A program made the position numbers and the translations under genes. Below the pieces are notes generated by a model. The model saw only the letters and a list, made by a program, of their open reading frames with translations, was not told the DNA's origin and did not search any database. This document shows, one piece after another, positions 12,753 to 27,021 of a stretch of 64,000 bases of DNA (the stretch's first letter is position 1; every line of letters starts with the position of its first letter). The DNA is from Anthoceros angustus (Eukaryota > Plantae > Anthocerotophyta), in the NCBI GenBank assembly GCA_010909165.1, contig MU008165.1, forward strand, positions 1,736,001 to 1,800,000, written 5' to 3'.

Positions 12753-13749
12753 TACACAACATGGAAAATGCAATGGGTGCAAGACACATTTTTCTTCAGT
12801 CCATATTCATTATCGGGAGAGCTGGGATCCTTCAAACACGCTAGGAGCAAGAAATTAAACTCTTATCCTTCATATCATACTCAACCTCCAAAGCATGCCG
12901 AGAGAAGGACACTAAACTCTATTCCTTCCTTCAAAGTGCTCACGCTGGAGCAGGAAAGTAGCTATTTTCCTCGACCATATTAAACCTCCAAAGCATGTCG
13001 TGAGGAGGATATTACACTTATTTTGGTGAATTTGATCGGGTATTTACACTCCATGCAGTTTAGAGGACCCCAAAGGATCGGAACCTCACAACAACAACCT
13101 TTTTTTGCGGGCAAGACAGCAAAGATCATATAAATTAGACGGCCCTATAGGGCTTCACAACCTTACAACAGTAGCTCTTATAAGATCACATATCAGGTAG
13201 GTCCACATGGCTTCAGAATAGAGGGAGACCATAAAGAGCCAGAGAAATTGGGGGTGGAAGGTACCCCATCCGAGTAGTGATAGGTCCAAAGGGTTGCTCA
13301 ACCCTAAAGTTCCAATGAACTCTTGGCTTATGACCGAGTACTGTGTCTTTATCCTTAGAATTAAATATTTAAAATTTTAATTTTTTTATACTGGATGATA
13401 CGTCTAGAATGATGAAAAACTTTTACTTCTACTTTTACTTCTAGCACACTTATTCGTGACAACCTAGCACACTTATTCTTAACTGCACAAGTGTTATACT
13501 ACGATGGAGACCTTGCAAAAAGAATTAAGTAATTATTTTCAGGAATTGAAAATCTAAAAAATATACCAAAAAGGGAAGAACGGATTCACATGTTTTCATA
13601 GAGAAAATAGGGTACTCATTCTGGGTTAGAAGAAATTATATATAGATATAGCTTTTGACGTAGAAACACTCGGAAGGTGGACCATCTCCTATTGTGTGGA
13701 AGAAGTGAGATGAGCTGCTACCGTCTTTGGCGCTGCCACTGTCATAATA

Positions 13750-14750
13750 AGTAGACAAGCAGCTCTGGGAATTTCCAGTCCATTACTTATGAATTTGGGA
13801 CACGTCGTGCCCCCAAACACAATAAAAGACAGCCGCTGCCATCCTGAAGATAGGACAAACTATCTGGATAATGAGTTGCCCAGAGTCCACAGCATATCCA
13901 TGTCTCGTAGCAAAGGATGCCTATTTCGGCCACTGAAGCACCCCAGTATGAGTTATCAAAAAGGGCATCTCAACCATATGGACTGACCACCTCATCAATA
14001 GCCTAAGCAAACTCGTGAAAGACTAGCAGACAAGGAAACATTCCATGCGTCGCTGGTCTTCGAAGGGTAGTACTAGTGTCGAAGTGACATGCAACTGTTC
14101 TCACAAATTCGAACAAAGCAAGTTGGTGTAGACCAAAGGCTCGCCACTCCGTCCAGAAGTATGAACCGGCGGATCAGCAAGTGGGAGGTCCATTATACTG
14201 AGTGATGGACTGAGCCCTCCATCTGTATGATGAGAAGGGGCCGGCCAACCAACCAACTTCAGGAGGCTGAAAAGCACAATAGCTCCAATCTGTACAAACA
14301 GTTGCATCATGTCCCATTTTCAGGATGTCGAAGGCCAACACAGTTTTGACATTTAGGGTCTGTTGCTAAACAGGCCCTGCGGACTCTGCTAGAGTTGATT
14401 GGCTCTTGCATAGATCTTCCTTTCTCCTCTTCAACACCTTCTGGGTTGTGTTGAAACCCCAGATGTGGCCTTGTGCCAGCAATAGTGCTTTGAAAGGGAC
14501 ACAAACAGGCTCTTTGAAAGGTTTCCGCGAGATAAAACAGGTAGAGGGAAGACCACCTCAGCTCCACCGTGGTGTTGCCCATCCTCTTCACCACCTGACC
14601 TAGCTAACTTAGCCTTCCAATCCTTCTCCTCTTCCTGCCTATTTGCCACCCGGACGTGCAGTCACACCTTTCATGCATGAACTTAGGTGAGTCTCCATAC
14701 CTGCAGTAGTCAGTCTCCTTGTAATCTGTGCAAATATCTTCTAGCACACT
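13750..14750 (-). mobile_element. decayed Ty3/gypsy-like gag-protease remnant
   Basis: Minus-strand CQNCVGLRH (C-x2-C-x4-H zinc-knuckle-like) at ~14330, then a protease-like ILLDGVAS. Multiple stops. Confidence 0.35.
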
Positions 14751-15525
14751 TATCCGTAACGTCGTCCAAATCTGGTATGAGACGAAGATCTGAGAGGCCT
14801 ATGAGCACCCCCATAATCCCTCAGAGAAAATTTTCATGTCCGAGAAGGTCTTCCCTTTCAGCCCATCATTCGCTCGCTTTAGCTCCTTCTCGAACTCGGT
14901 CTCCGTCTAATGCGTTGCGGTGACTTTGCTGTCGTTCTGCGCTGGTTACCCACCACCACTGCAGACTAGCCAGCTCCAGCTACATCATCAGCCTCGTCAC
15001 CAGTTCCATTCCTCACATTCCTGTTGGGCACCGACTTCTTGAAAGACATGCAAGCTGCCACCACCAGTAAACAAAGCGATCAGAACACATCACGGGTGCA
15101 CTCGAAGACAATCGCTGCCGTCGTAAACACATATTCTCAAGTTCCGGTGCCACCACGCTTAATCGCAGCTGGGCCTGCTCCTCCATTCTCGCTTTTGGCT
15201 CACGCAACCAGCCAGGCAGGCATTCACGGCTCCTGGCGGCTGCAAACGTCTCCAGCCAGAAATCCTCGCTGCGCCCGGCGGATTCCTTGCTTGGTGGCGG
15301 TCAGTTCCAGTCCAGATCACCTGCATCCTGCTTTTCCTTTTTGGTGATCTTATGATCGTCGAATTCCCCCGACCTTGCCTCGGGAGATCGAGGAAAGCTC
15401 GAGGGGCATGAGGATCATAAGACGAAGGAAATATATGCTGGGCGATACCACGCTCCGCAGAAGCATTTTATCGGGCTAGGGTTTTATTTTCCCGCGAGGA
15501 GCTGTGTCGAGGAGCTTTTGTGCAG

Positions 15526-17580
15526 ATGGCGGCTGCGGGGGGCAGGAACCGCAACGCGAACAGGAATGGAGAGGAGGATGAAGATGAGACGATGGTGTTC
15601 GAGACCAGCTCGGGTGTGGAGGTGATCACCAGCTTTGATCAGATGGGGATCAAAGAGGAGCTGCTTCGAGGCATATATGCATACGGGTTTGAGAAGCCGT
15701 CTGCTATTCAGCAGCGGGCTGTGATTCCCATTATCCAGGGCAGGGATGCCATTGCGCAGGCGCAGTCTGGAACGGGGAAGACGTCTATGATTGCGCTGGC
15801 AGTTTGTCAAATGATCGAGACGACCACACGAGAGTGAGTTTAAAGGATACTGCTCATGGCTTCTGTGTTTGTTTTTCTGGGTCTTTTTCTGTGTATGCCA
15901 TGACAAAGGTGAGTTGTGAGCTCATTATCTCTGACAATCGGGACGACGCATGTATGTTTTATTTGTGTAGGGTTCAAGCCCTTATCCTGTCTCCAACCAG
16001 GGAGCTTGCTGCACAAACGGAGAAGGTGATTCTGGCCATTGGTGATTACATCAATGTTCAAGCTCATGCTTGCATTGGTGGTAAAAGCATCGGGGAAGAC
16101 ATCCGGAAACTGGAGTACGGCGTGCACGTGGTTTCAGGAACACCTGGAAGGGTTTATGACATGATCAAGAGGAGGACTCTGAGAACCAGAGCCATCAAGT
16201 TGCTTATCCTGGTGAGAGTTTCTCACTTTTGGCTTGAATGGAGCTGAGGACTCAGCGATTTGATGACCTCGGTTTAAACTGTTCCAGACTTTTTTTGTCA
16301 CTTGCAGGATGAATCCGATGAGATGTTGAGTAGGGGTTTTAAGGACCAAATTTATGATGTGTACCGATACCTGCCTCCCGATCTCCAGGTCTGTACTAAC
16401 CGCAAACGGATCCTTATGCTGTTGGTGTTTTACCTGGGTGCTTGAATCTCAAGTCTCAGGGTTTTTAATGTGTGGGCGTGTTTTTTTTGGGCAGGTGGTG
16501 CTGGTTTCTGCTACACTACCACATGAAATATTGGAGATGACGAATAAGTTCATGACTGATCCAGTCCGCATCCTCGTGAAGCGTGATGAGTTGACACTCG
16601 AGGTTTGATCCCTATGACCTCTTTTATCCTTGTGCATCTTTGTGTGGGCGGACGTAGAAATTCTTCTTGATGCCTTTCTCATTTCTGCAGTATTATGAGA
16701 AACGCATATGAAATCAGGTCTGTCACTTACGACTGCAGTGCGTCTTTGGCAGGGTATCAAGCAATTCTTTGTAGCAGTTGAGCGAGAGGAATGGAAATTT
16801 GACACGTTGTGTGATCTCTATGACACCCTCACCATCACACAAGCCGTTATTTTCTGCAACACAAAAAGAAAGGTTGGTTATTCTCACGGAACTGCTTTCC
16901 TGCCTTGCCTGTTGTCTGCTTGTAGCCCAGCATAATTTATGCATGCATATTATTAAACTTGATCTTGTGTATGTCAGGTTGATTGGTTGACAGAGAAGAT
17001 GAGGAGCAACAACTTCACCGTATCTTCCATGCATGGGGACATGCCACAGAAAGAGCGGGACGCTATTATGGCTGAATTTCGTTCAGGCACAACCCGTGTA
17101 TTGATCACAACAGATGTTTGGGCTCGTGGCCTTGATGTGCAGCAGGTAAGAAGTGATTTAGTCACCTCCATGTTGTATGGCAATAGGAACTGGCAGTTTG
17201 GGACTGGAGGTTGGTACGAGCGACTGACTCGGTTGTTGTAAAATTAGGTCTCACTTGTGATCAACTATGACCTGCCTAACAATCGTGAGCTTTATATTCA
17301 CCGTATTGGACGATCAGGCCGTTTTGGTCGTAAGGTACCCAGATTTGTTGCTGCCCTCTTGTCTGAGCTGCTGCCGTGTTGGTTGAAAAGAAGGAGCTGC
17401 TTCTTGCTTTTTTCACAAAATATTCTTTCAAGGAGAGCTTAACACTATCATTACTGGTGGGTGTAGGGTGTGGCCATTAATTTCGTTCGTAGTGACGACA
17501 TCAGGATTCTCCGCGACATTGAGCAGTATTACAGTACTCAAATAGATGAGATGCCTATGAACGTTGCCGACCTCATCTAG
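15526..17580 (+). CDS. EIF4A3: DEAD-box RNA helicase eIF4A-III (exon junction complex core), multi-exon
   Basis: [70 protein letters not shown], ending [12 protein letters not shown]. Confidence 0.96.
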
Positions 17581-17949
17581 GTTGTATCCCGCGGATGGAT
17601 ACTTTGGGTATGTATCCATTTTGACTGACTTCTAGCTTTTTGGGAGCAGAACCTCGGAGAAGGGCTTTTGTCACCCTGGTTGTGCGCACGGTAGTGATGT
17701 GTACTATACTGTAGCTTTGGTGATAGAAAAATCTATGTTCTCACCATTAGTTCTTCTTTTCTTTCCTGAGTTGTTCTCTGTTGCATTGCGAGGGAAGCTT
17801 TGAGTCGTTGATTCTGTTTTCCATCCTTCTCACTCACTTAAACTATCCGGCCTGTGGGCCATCGATGACTGTTTGTGACTGGATTTTTCAACAAAACAGT
17901 TACGGACCTCAAATTATTCCCGTCCTCCCAGCACAGCAGAACACAGCAT

Positions 17950-19500
17950 CAGGCAGGGCTTGCACGCCTCATATGATCTCTGTCAGCCACCAGCTCCACG
18001 GCCACCACCTCGATGGCCGGGACTTTGAAGAAATGGTCTTCCTCCAAAAGGTCCCCTGGCCTCTTTCTCCCTGGATCCCCTGACCTGGTGCATATCATTG
18101 GACAGTAGCAGCGTGATGAGCCCAAGGAGGCGGACTCGGAACTGGGGGGTGGCCTGAATTCCTCATTCGGCCTTGGCTCACGGCTCGCACCTCGTGGAAG
18201 CAGCTGGCTGGGAGATTGCTCTGGTCTGGGGGCATCGGCACAGCTTTCGAAAGTGTTAGGCGACACCAACGAACCAGTCTTGAGATCAGCGGGACATTTC
18301 ACCTTACCATATCCACTTCTTTCCTTTTGTAATCGATTGGCACTTCATACCAAGCCATTTGAGGCGAGCAGTGTCCTCAGTACTTGCACTGGTTCACAGA
18401 TTCTCTTCCTGTGCTCAGGGAGTCCACAGCCAGAGAAGTCCTGCATCCTCTTCTTATTCTTGTGCTGCAGAACGTGGCCGAGCACATTGCCCGGTAGTTT
18501 GGTAAGGCTGGACGGAATCCCGTCCCTGATCTGTCCCCCTCGCCTCCCCCGCCCCAACTCCCTCGATCAAGAGCCGCGTCGCCTTTAACTGGGACAATTC
18601 ACCACGTTAGGCGTTGATCGATTGTCCTGTGGATACGTGATCTTCCCGTTGTCGACCTACTGATACTACAGACTTGGCCAAAGCAGTCCCGACTCGCCAG
18701 CGTGCAAAGGCATTCCAGAAAGTTCGATTCCTCTCAGAGATTTAATGGGAATTCTCTGCTTCCAGACGGCGGAGAAGGAAAAAACGAGAGAGCCCCAGCT
18801 GCTGTCTGCTGATGACCCCAGCAGCCAGGCTTGTATGAGGGGCTGAATGAGAACAATGCCCTTCTCCGGGATCCTCCAGTACAACCTAGTACTACGTGAA
18901 GAGGACGATACTGACATTGTTGACGAAGATGAGCATAAAGGCGAGTCGGACGACGACGAGGGTGGTTTGGGGGTTACCTCAGGCGCAGGTGAACGAACTC
19001 CACAACGAGGTTCACTTTTCACTTTCAAGCTCCCGGCCTCGATGGAACTGGCCACCTTTCTCTTGTAGCGAAGTCCATCCTCGCCACCTTTCGCTGCGTG
19101 ATGGCTTTGTCACAGTGGAGAGGTTTTTGATGCTGCGGAAAATGCTGCTCAACCGGGCTCATCGGAGCGCCGTGCGGGGAGGTATTGGCACGCTCTTTCG
19201 GATTCTGTTAATGATGAACGAGGAGCAGGCTCGGGTCCCTACCGTTTTTGAGTGGCTACTCGTCCTGAAAGCGGAGGTGGAGAGACTCGAGGCCGACGCA
19301 CACCCTCTCGAATGTGCTGCCATGATTATGAGTCAATAGCACTTGTGGTTGCGCCTTGGAGATACCGTCGATTATGTTGGAGTTCTGCAAAATGCTTTCG
19401 ATCCGAATAAGGACCTTGTGCAGGAATTCTGCAAAATGCTTTACATCCGAATCTTGGCTTGGAGGAGATTGTGTACAACAATGTTTGATTCTTTTAAGAG
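17950..19500 (-). mobile_element. decayed retrotransposon gag-like remnant
   Basis: Minus-strand GCGLPEHRKRIC (degenerate CCHC zinc knuckle) at ~18400 within fragmented, frameshifted ORFs. Confidence 0.35.
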
Positions 19501-19719
19501 ACTGCTGGGGCAAAGATGTGTAATTTGATGGCAGAATCTCATGCCAAAGACCATAGTCTGTATAACGTTGTTTTGTCCCACCCTTCTCTCCCCCTTTTTG
19601 CAGGTCTCGGTCTCTTATGTGTGGAATTAGTCTAGATGTTTTGCTATTGGGAAGTCAACCGATTGTTCGAAACTTGGAAACTTGAGGCAATAGTACAATT
19701 TTACAGCACATGACTTTTG

Positions 19720-19880
19720 GAGAGTCTTGGAAGCATTAGGGTTGTGGGTAGTCTTAGAGCACCCTAGAGGAATTTTACACAGTCTCAAAGCACATAGAGG
19801 ATTTTCACATAATCTTACAGTCTCAAAGCACATAGAGGATTTTCACACAATCTTACAGCAGCTTGAGGATTTTACACTGT
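19720..19880. repeat. short degenerate tandem repeat
   Basis: agtctcaaagcacatagaggattttcaca occurs twice almost exactly (~38-bp spacing), with degenerate flanking copies. Confidence 0.6.
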
Positions 19881-22376
19881 CTTATAACTCCAAGATTTTG
19901 GACAATTTAGATAGTCTTATAACACTAGGATTTTCGATAGTCTTACCACACAATGCTGATTCTGCATTTGAAGACTGCTTGAATTATCGCTTGATCGGAG
20001 CTCTCCAGACGTAGCAGGAATTGGATGCATACCAATTTCGATATAAGGTCCCGATAACCATCCATATGCATTTGCCTTTTTTGCGTCCTTCCATCATCCA
20101 TCATGAAACAACATACACATCCTATTGCTGCTGCTGCGCCTATCCATTCATATTCACATTTTATGGCATTCATTTTCAGATCTCCTTTTCATACACTGGC
20201 TAAGCCTTGCATCCCGTTCACATTCACCAATACCCTGCAATGGGAGAGTATCGGGTCCCTTATATTATCACACCCCCTTTCAAAGCTTGTACTTACATGT
20301 TTTTGCCAAAGCTTCTTTGTCGGTCCTTCGTATGCACGGATGGAGTTTCAAACCACAGAAATATCATTAAAAACACCATTGGTCGTCCCTCAGAAGGCGA
20401 GCCATACTCCTTCGAGCGAGTTCTTAAGCGCAACACATTTTTCAATAAACTTGAACTTTGTAGGAGAAGAGTAGGCTACCTTTCTATTTTGGAACACCAA
20501 TGAATTAGCTCAAACATCCATTTAGTATGGATGCACAATCTCAAGCAAATATTAGAATTAGACCTTGTTACTATAAACAAATGCTCATCTCACAATAAGA
20601 AAAGAGAGGGGTAGATGCGCCATGGAGACACGTGAGAAGATTGTATAGATGTATCAATAGGCTAAATGAGAAGTAGGTCAGTAAGCCTATGTCACAATTC
20701 TACCTACGTCGTCATCGTCATCTGTTGTAGCCTCCTTTTATCTTCAATGTTGGCTTGTTTACCTAAGGTAGTACCCTTGTCTTACTCTAGTGTAATGTCC
20801 TTGTCTTGCTCGTTAGGTTGGTAGTCCTCTTCCTCGCACCTCATCATATTCAGTTTTCTAATTTAGTTTTTATATGTTATAGATAAAAACAAAAATTAAT
20901 CTCAAAAATCTCTTAATTTAGATCAGTAACTTCCATATACTATATAAGGGCCCATATAAAGGACAGGTACAAGTCTTGTATCGTGTGTATCTTGTCCTTT
21001 GCTAAGAGAACTATTATTTTTCATCTTAGCAAACTATTATTTTTCACTTAGTTCTGTGTTGTTATTTCTCACTTATGTTATATAGTCTATTAGGTATGTA
21101 CTGCAATACCCAATTCACAAATTGCCAAATATCGCGCTTATCGTACAGATGTACGGGGAACGGATCGCAGCTAGGATCGGTTTGGCCTGCTCCTATTGGA
21201 CCAACTCCGAAGGGAGATGAGCTTTGCGTGGGGGCCAAGCATCCGTGGAGTCCAAACCCTTGGGGAACTCCGGCAGCGGGTTGGTAAAGCGGTTGAGCCA
21301 AAGCCTTGACCACGGCTTGGCTTGGCCTGCGATCGACGCACAACAGCAACAAGGCGGTTCCTCCTTCCTTCCCGGAGAAACGGGACGGAGCCATAACATG
21401 CCTGCAGCACCTGCAAGACAGCACTGGACAGAAGGGAGAATAAATTGCCTAAAGGCATAGTATTGAGGCGGCGAATATCTCCAGGAAGCCGACATACAGT
21501 GAAATTCATGCTCCTCTGCCACACGCTGTGAGCCCCACCAGGCGTCAACAGGTCTCATCAGTGCTGCAGTGCAACACAAGAACACGGGGCAGCTCAACTC
21601 GACGGAAAGATCTGCGAAAGAGGAAAGATATCTCCTTCCTATACTCTATTTCATCTACATGGACCAGCGGTGACGAATCACAAGCGCAAGAGCGTGCATG
21701 CGCAGGGTTGGTCGCCTACTCTGACCAGTGGTTGCCTTTAGGGTTGAAGGGAGAGGGGCAACAACAGGTGGTTGGTGGTTGGACAGGTTAGCTCCCTTTC
21801 GGCAGCTTCGCCACACGCCCTCGATTTTGTCGTGCTTCCCGCCATCTCCCCTCCGCCCTGTCCTCTTGTCCACGCCTTGCTGCCGGGAATACAGAGCTCC
21901 TGGTTCTGTCTCCGGTATTCAGGCACAGGCAGCTTGCACCCAACATTCCTCTTTCAGCTGGTGTTTTGGGCTTTGGAGATCGCTCTGATCGAGGCGGTTG
22001 AGATTGCAGGCCCCCGGGCCTTGGTTCCTGTGAGTTGCTACTGCTTTCTGTCGGATTCGGGATTCGAAGGACGGAGTGTGGGGTGCTCGTGTTGGTTGTG
22101 TGCCTGTCGTCTATTTCTGTCCCAAATTCCGACTTTGCCGGTTCTTGTTGTGTGGACGCATTCTTCGGGTCTCGTTTTTGATCTGGTGGCGGAGCGAGTG
22201 CCTCGGTGTTTCTACCTGGACTTTGGGCGAGTGTGTGGACAGCTTTCTCCCTTCAGCTTGCTGGGAAACCAGATCGGTGTGTGGTCGGTGTTTAGGTGGA
22301 GGTAGAGGGTCTGGTCGGAGTCTGTGGGTTGTAGAGGGTTTGTTCTGACAGGAGGTTTGCTGGGCCTGCGGCAGAT

Positions 22377-25043
22377 ATGGCGCACGCCATGAGGGCGAGT
22401 ACAATGTCTGTTGCTTCTCCATCTTGCATGCGTGGGGAGATTACAGGTCATGAGAGGGCGGGGTCTTCCTCGTCCTTCCACAGCAGCACTGCTGTTTCCT
22501 TCCGCAGGGCGGTGCCCATCAGGGTTCTGCCCCAGTTCCAGGTTCGCAGCAGTGCGCTCATCGGGGATTCTGGGAGGCTGCATGAGAGGGCGTCGGCGAA
22601 GCAGGGGAGAATTAAGCAGAATAGCGCCTCTGACAGAGATGCTCTGCGGGCGAACGTGATCGCGGAGTACAGAGATAGTGCCACTGGGGAGGGAGTATCA
22701 GGGGTTCTGGAGCCGGAATTTGCTGTTGAAAATGGTGCTGCAGCGGTGGCGACGAACGGAGCTTCCGGCGTGCCGAGGGCCTCGAAGGAAAAAGTGGAGA
22801 TAGTGGCACCTACCCCGCCATCAGGGATTGAGATTGATCATGTGACTGAGGCTGAATTGAAGGAGAACGGTTTCAGGAGTACAAGGAGGACGAAGCTAGT
22901 CTGTACCATTGGTGAGATGGACTGCTGGTTGCTTTATGTGTAGGACGTCATTTTGTGATGGTCCTTGTTGCCTCTGTAAGCTTGGCGTGTCTACGGCTGT
23001 TGATTCCCTGACCTGTCTGGTGGTCAGGCCCGGCTTGCTGTGAGTTCGACCAGTTGGAAGCACTAGCCATGGGAGGAATGAACGTGGCTAGGATCAACAT
23101 GTGCCATGGCACGAGAGAGTGGCATAAGTCTGTGATTAAGAATATACGGAAGCTGAACGCTGAGAAAGGGTACTGTGTAGCATTGATGATGGACACGGAG
23201 GGCAGTGAGATTCACATGGGTGATCTTGGTGGTGCACCATCTACTAAGGCGGAGGTGAGTTTCTGTTTTCGTACTGTTTCATATTGTGGTAGCTCAAGCA
23301 GTTGAAGTGGGCCTCAGTTTGCGCTGCACTGCAAATGGTGGTTGAGCAGGATGGTGAAATATGGACCTTCACTGTGCGGACCTTCGTGGATGCCCCACCT
23401 GAGAGGACCTTGCAGGTCAACTACGACGGTTTTGCTGAGGGTAAGTGTGGCTGTAGCTCCAGGAGGTTGGTAAATTGGATGCAAAGACTGATATCTTACC
23501 TTGTAATTTGATGGGTTCAGATGTGAAGATGGGTGATGAGATTGTCGTGGATGGTGGAATGGTGCGCTTTGAAGTGCTTGAAAAGATTGGACCTGATGTT
23601 AGATGCAAGTGCATTGATCCGGGGCTGTTGCTCCCTCGGGCAAACCTGACGTTCTGGAGGGAGGGAAAGCTTGTTAGGGAACGAAATGCTATGCTTCCGA
23701 CCATATCATCGAAGGCAAGTAGTCTGAGCAAGGACACTTCCGGAGTATAGTGCCAGTTGGTTTGTTGTCATCGAAGGCAGAGGAGAAGAATTTATCTTGC
23801 TCTGGTTTTCTTGCAGGACTGGATTGACATTGACTTCGGCATCTCTGAGGGTGTCGATTTTATCGCGATTTCATTTGTGAAATCTCCTGATGTTATTAAG
23901 CACCTGAAGAGCTACATCTCAGCTCGAGCTCCTGATGGGTAAGAGCAATTGACATTGATGCAGGGCAGTCACTTGAAGTCAGTGAGGGGGGGACTAACAT
24001 GATGTGGATCTGGTTGCAGATGCATTGGCGTGTTTGCTAAAATAGAAAGCAGTGATTCGCTGAGAAATCTTCATGAGATCATCCAGGTTTCAGACGGGGC
24101 CATGGTAGCCCGTGGAGATCTGGGTGCACAAATTCCACTGGAGCAGGTTCCTTCTGTACAGCAGGAGGTTGTGACCTTGTGCAGGCAGTTGAACAAACCT
24201 GTAATAGTGGCTTCCCAACTTCTGGAGTCCATGATCGAGTACCCAACACCAACCAGGGCTGAGGTGAGTTTTTTCTGCGCCAGTAGGTTCTACTGTGGTA
24301 GCTCCACTGGTCAATGAAGGGATACCCTTCCTACCTGGATCTTTTCAGCAGCTGGCATGGGTTGTTTCAGGTTGCGGATATATCTGAGGCTGTAAGGCAA
24401 CGAGCTGATGCGCTGATGCTATCTGGCGAGTCTGCTATGGGTCTGTATCCTGAGAAAGCTCTTAGCGTTTTACGGACAGTGAGTCTGAGAATTGAGCGAT
24501 GGTGTCGTGAAGAGAAGCACCACCAGTCAATGCGCCTACCAGAGGTCTCCAAGGCCCTTCCTGAACGGATCTCTGAAGAAATATGCAATTCTGCTGCACT
24601 CATGGGTGAGTTTTACAGCGTGTCAAAATTTTCCTGTGTAGTGGAACGAAGGTACATGCGTTCGATCATGACTTGTTTAATTTTACATGATGCCTCACAC
24701 TCAGAGCGTCCATGTCTTTCATGCAGCCAACAAACTTGAAGCAGATGCCATCTTTGTGTACACTCGGAAGGGGTATATGGCATCGCTTCTTTCAAGATGT
24801 CGACCTGACTGTCCTATTTTTGCTTTCACCGACTCGAAGAATCTCAGGCAACACCTCAACCTTCAATGGGGTCTCATCCCGTTTCGGCTGGCTTTCTCAG
24901 ACGACATGGAGACCAATCTTCGCAGAACTTTTGCCTTGCTCAAGGCAAGGGGAATGATGAAGACGGGAGAACTCGTTGTTGCAGTGTCAGACATCTCAAC
25001 TTCAGATATGCTTCAGTCCATTCAGGTCCGCAGGATTCCTTGA
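22377..25043 (+). CDS. PKP1: plastidial pyruvate kinase alpha subunit, multi-exon
   Basis: Transit-peptide-like N-terminus; [84 protein letters not shown], ending [10 protein letters not shown]. Confidence 0.96.
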
Positions 25044-26099
25044 CGGCAAAACATTCTTAGGTGCCTCCAGATATCATAAGCAGAGTTCTGTCTCTCCTTC
25101 ATTCTTTGCCGCCGTCGTCTGTAGTAGACCCTCCAGTGGCTGCATGTCTGGTCCCTGCAAACGAGGGGATGTGTTATGCGGTGGGCCTAGTAAGGTGGCT
25201 GAAGGTTAGTATTTAAGATGGCAGTTGGTGCTTCGTTTTGGGTGGTATGATATTCGTATCCCATTTCCCTTTGCTTTGCACTTCGACGCACTCTTGCAGT
25301 AGGTAGCTTGGGGGTCTCAGCCTGCGGGTTTCGGGCTGCCCTTGTCGAATTGCCAAATATAAATGAGGAGCTATGGAAATATTCTTCTAAACGGAGAAGA
25401 TGTTTCCCTCCACAATCATGAACGCAGGGTTCGCTCTCCAATGAGAGCTGTCATGTAAATATATGAATATCCGATTAGTGGCGCTGTGCAATGTCCGCGA
25501 AGTGTTCAACCCAGCAGAGAATTTAAAGCATAAATGTTCCCTTGATTTCAGGATCCGTTGGTGCTGATTCAAGTCTTAGAAGTGGATATTGATGTTGATG
25601 GAAGTTGATATAGTAGTCTAGGCCATTAATACTCGACTCGCCGTTCTGGATTCTTCAACCTTACTACAAAAGATTTTAGGGCTCTTTCCAAAGAGATAGC
25701 CGATGCTGCCTCTGTCCTAAACAACAGTTCCTAATCAGGTAGTCTGACCTATTCCATGAAGGTGTCGAGTATGGAATACCAATCTAGTCACGCGGCATCC
25801 ACATTTTTTTAGGGTTATGGACAGAAAGAAATAGTCCCGCTGCATACGGTGGAACTATTTCGGCATGTCATGCATGACCACATCGGTTGTGGCTACGGCC
25901 CCCCGGTGTCCCGATGTGGTCAACCTACCACATGATACACAAAATGATTCCACGACACACAAAAACTTTTCTTCTTTTGGGGTTAGGGTTGCGTTGCGGT
26001 CATTTGCGTCGCCGGCCATTGCGGCACGCAACATACCATGTCCACGACCGCGGCATCCACTAGGTATAAGGGTTGCCAGCGGTTGCGTTAGCGCTGCGC

Positions 26100-26640
26100 T
26101 TACGGTGTGCAATGGCGTTTGCACTACAATCATCGTCTCTGTTTACAGCGCAGCTTAGTGCGTTTGCCCTTGCGTGCAAGACTGCAATGTTTGGCAATCG
26201 GCGCATCCGAGAAACGCGTTTCTGCGCTGCGCCTACGGTGGTGCAGTTTCACATAGCACCAACTTCCCTGAAACAAGCTTGTACTAGAAGGACCAACAAA
26301 GACGGGCTTCCATGAAAACAATCGCACGCATACAATTCTTGCACCCAAAAACTGCAGGCACAAGCGTCTGATTCAAAGGGCCTCTTGGACTCTGAGCATG
26401 CAGTCATCCCTGTCCATGCCGGCGTGCTTACTGTCCAGCGGAGGTACTCGGATAGTGCCTCTCCCCTCCTCCTGCACTCGCACAATGTCGTCAGTGCCAG
26501 GTGCAGGCGGTACATATCGGGGAGGAAGTCCATGCCCTCTGTGGCGCGACTTTCGCTGATGGCCAGCCGGGCGCGCATAATCCCGTGTCGTTGTTGTAAG
26601 GGTCCGTTCCCAAGAGAATGATAGGCTCCGTTTGCCACGT
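26100..26640 (-). mobile_element. hAT-like transposase remnant (central part)
   Basis: LSEYLRWTVSTPAW...SFW resembles the hAT LKEAL..TVVS..W...FW segment. Degenerate. Confidence 0.3.
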
Positions 26641-27021
26641 TTCAATCGTTTCTCACCTCACTTAGTAACCGTTCAGTCTCAACACACACATTCATCGTTT
26701 TATGCCTAACTACCCTCAACGTTCACCGACAGGCCCGGTGCGGCCAAACGTTTAAGGACCCGTTCGCGTCCGTGTCGTTCAAGTTCGTCACTCGTCCCTC
26801 TAGTCCGTTCCTCTCACCACTCTCACTACACTCATCGTCCTTGGGGAAAAACGCGGGTGGCTACGCGGTCCGGACCTCCTCCGTCACTCTGCCGGGCCTC
26901 TCCGTCCGGGCTCTGCACGCCCTCCCGGAGTTCCTCCGGCCACACGTCCGCCTGACGCCTTTGACGGCGAGCAAGGGTCCCTAGTCGCTCTTCCCCGCAC
27001 ACACCACCACACGTTAGGGTC

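Noticed and set aside
16308-16330. DESD instead of DEAD in the helicase
   Set aside because: DESD is the normal motif II in plant eIF4A-III.
20200-20500. Possible hAT transposase fragment (SPTKF...LKNSL) on the minus strand
   Set aside because: Too short and degenerate to support a call.
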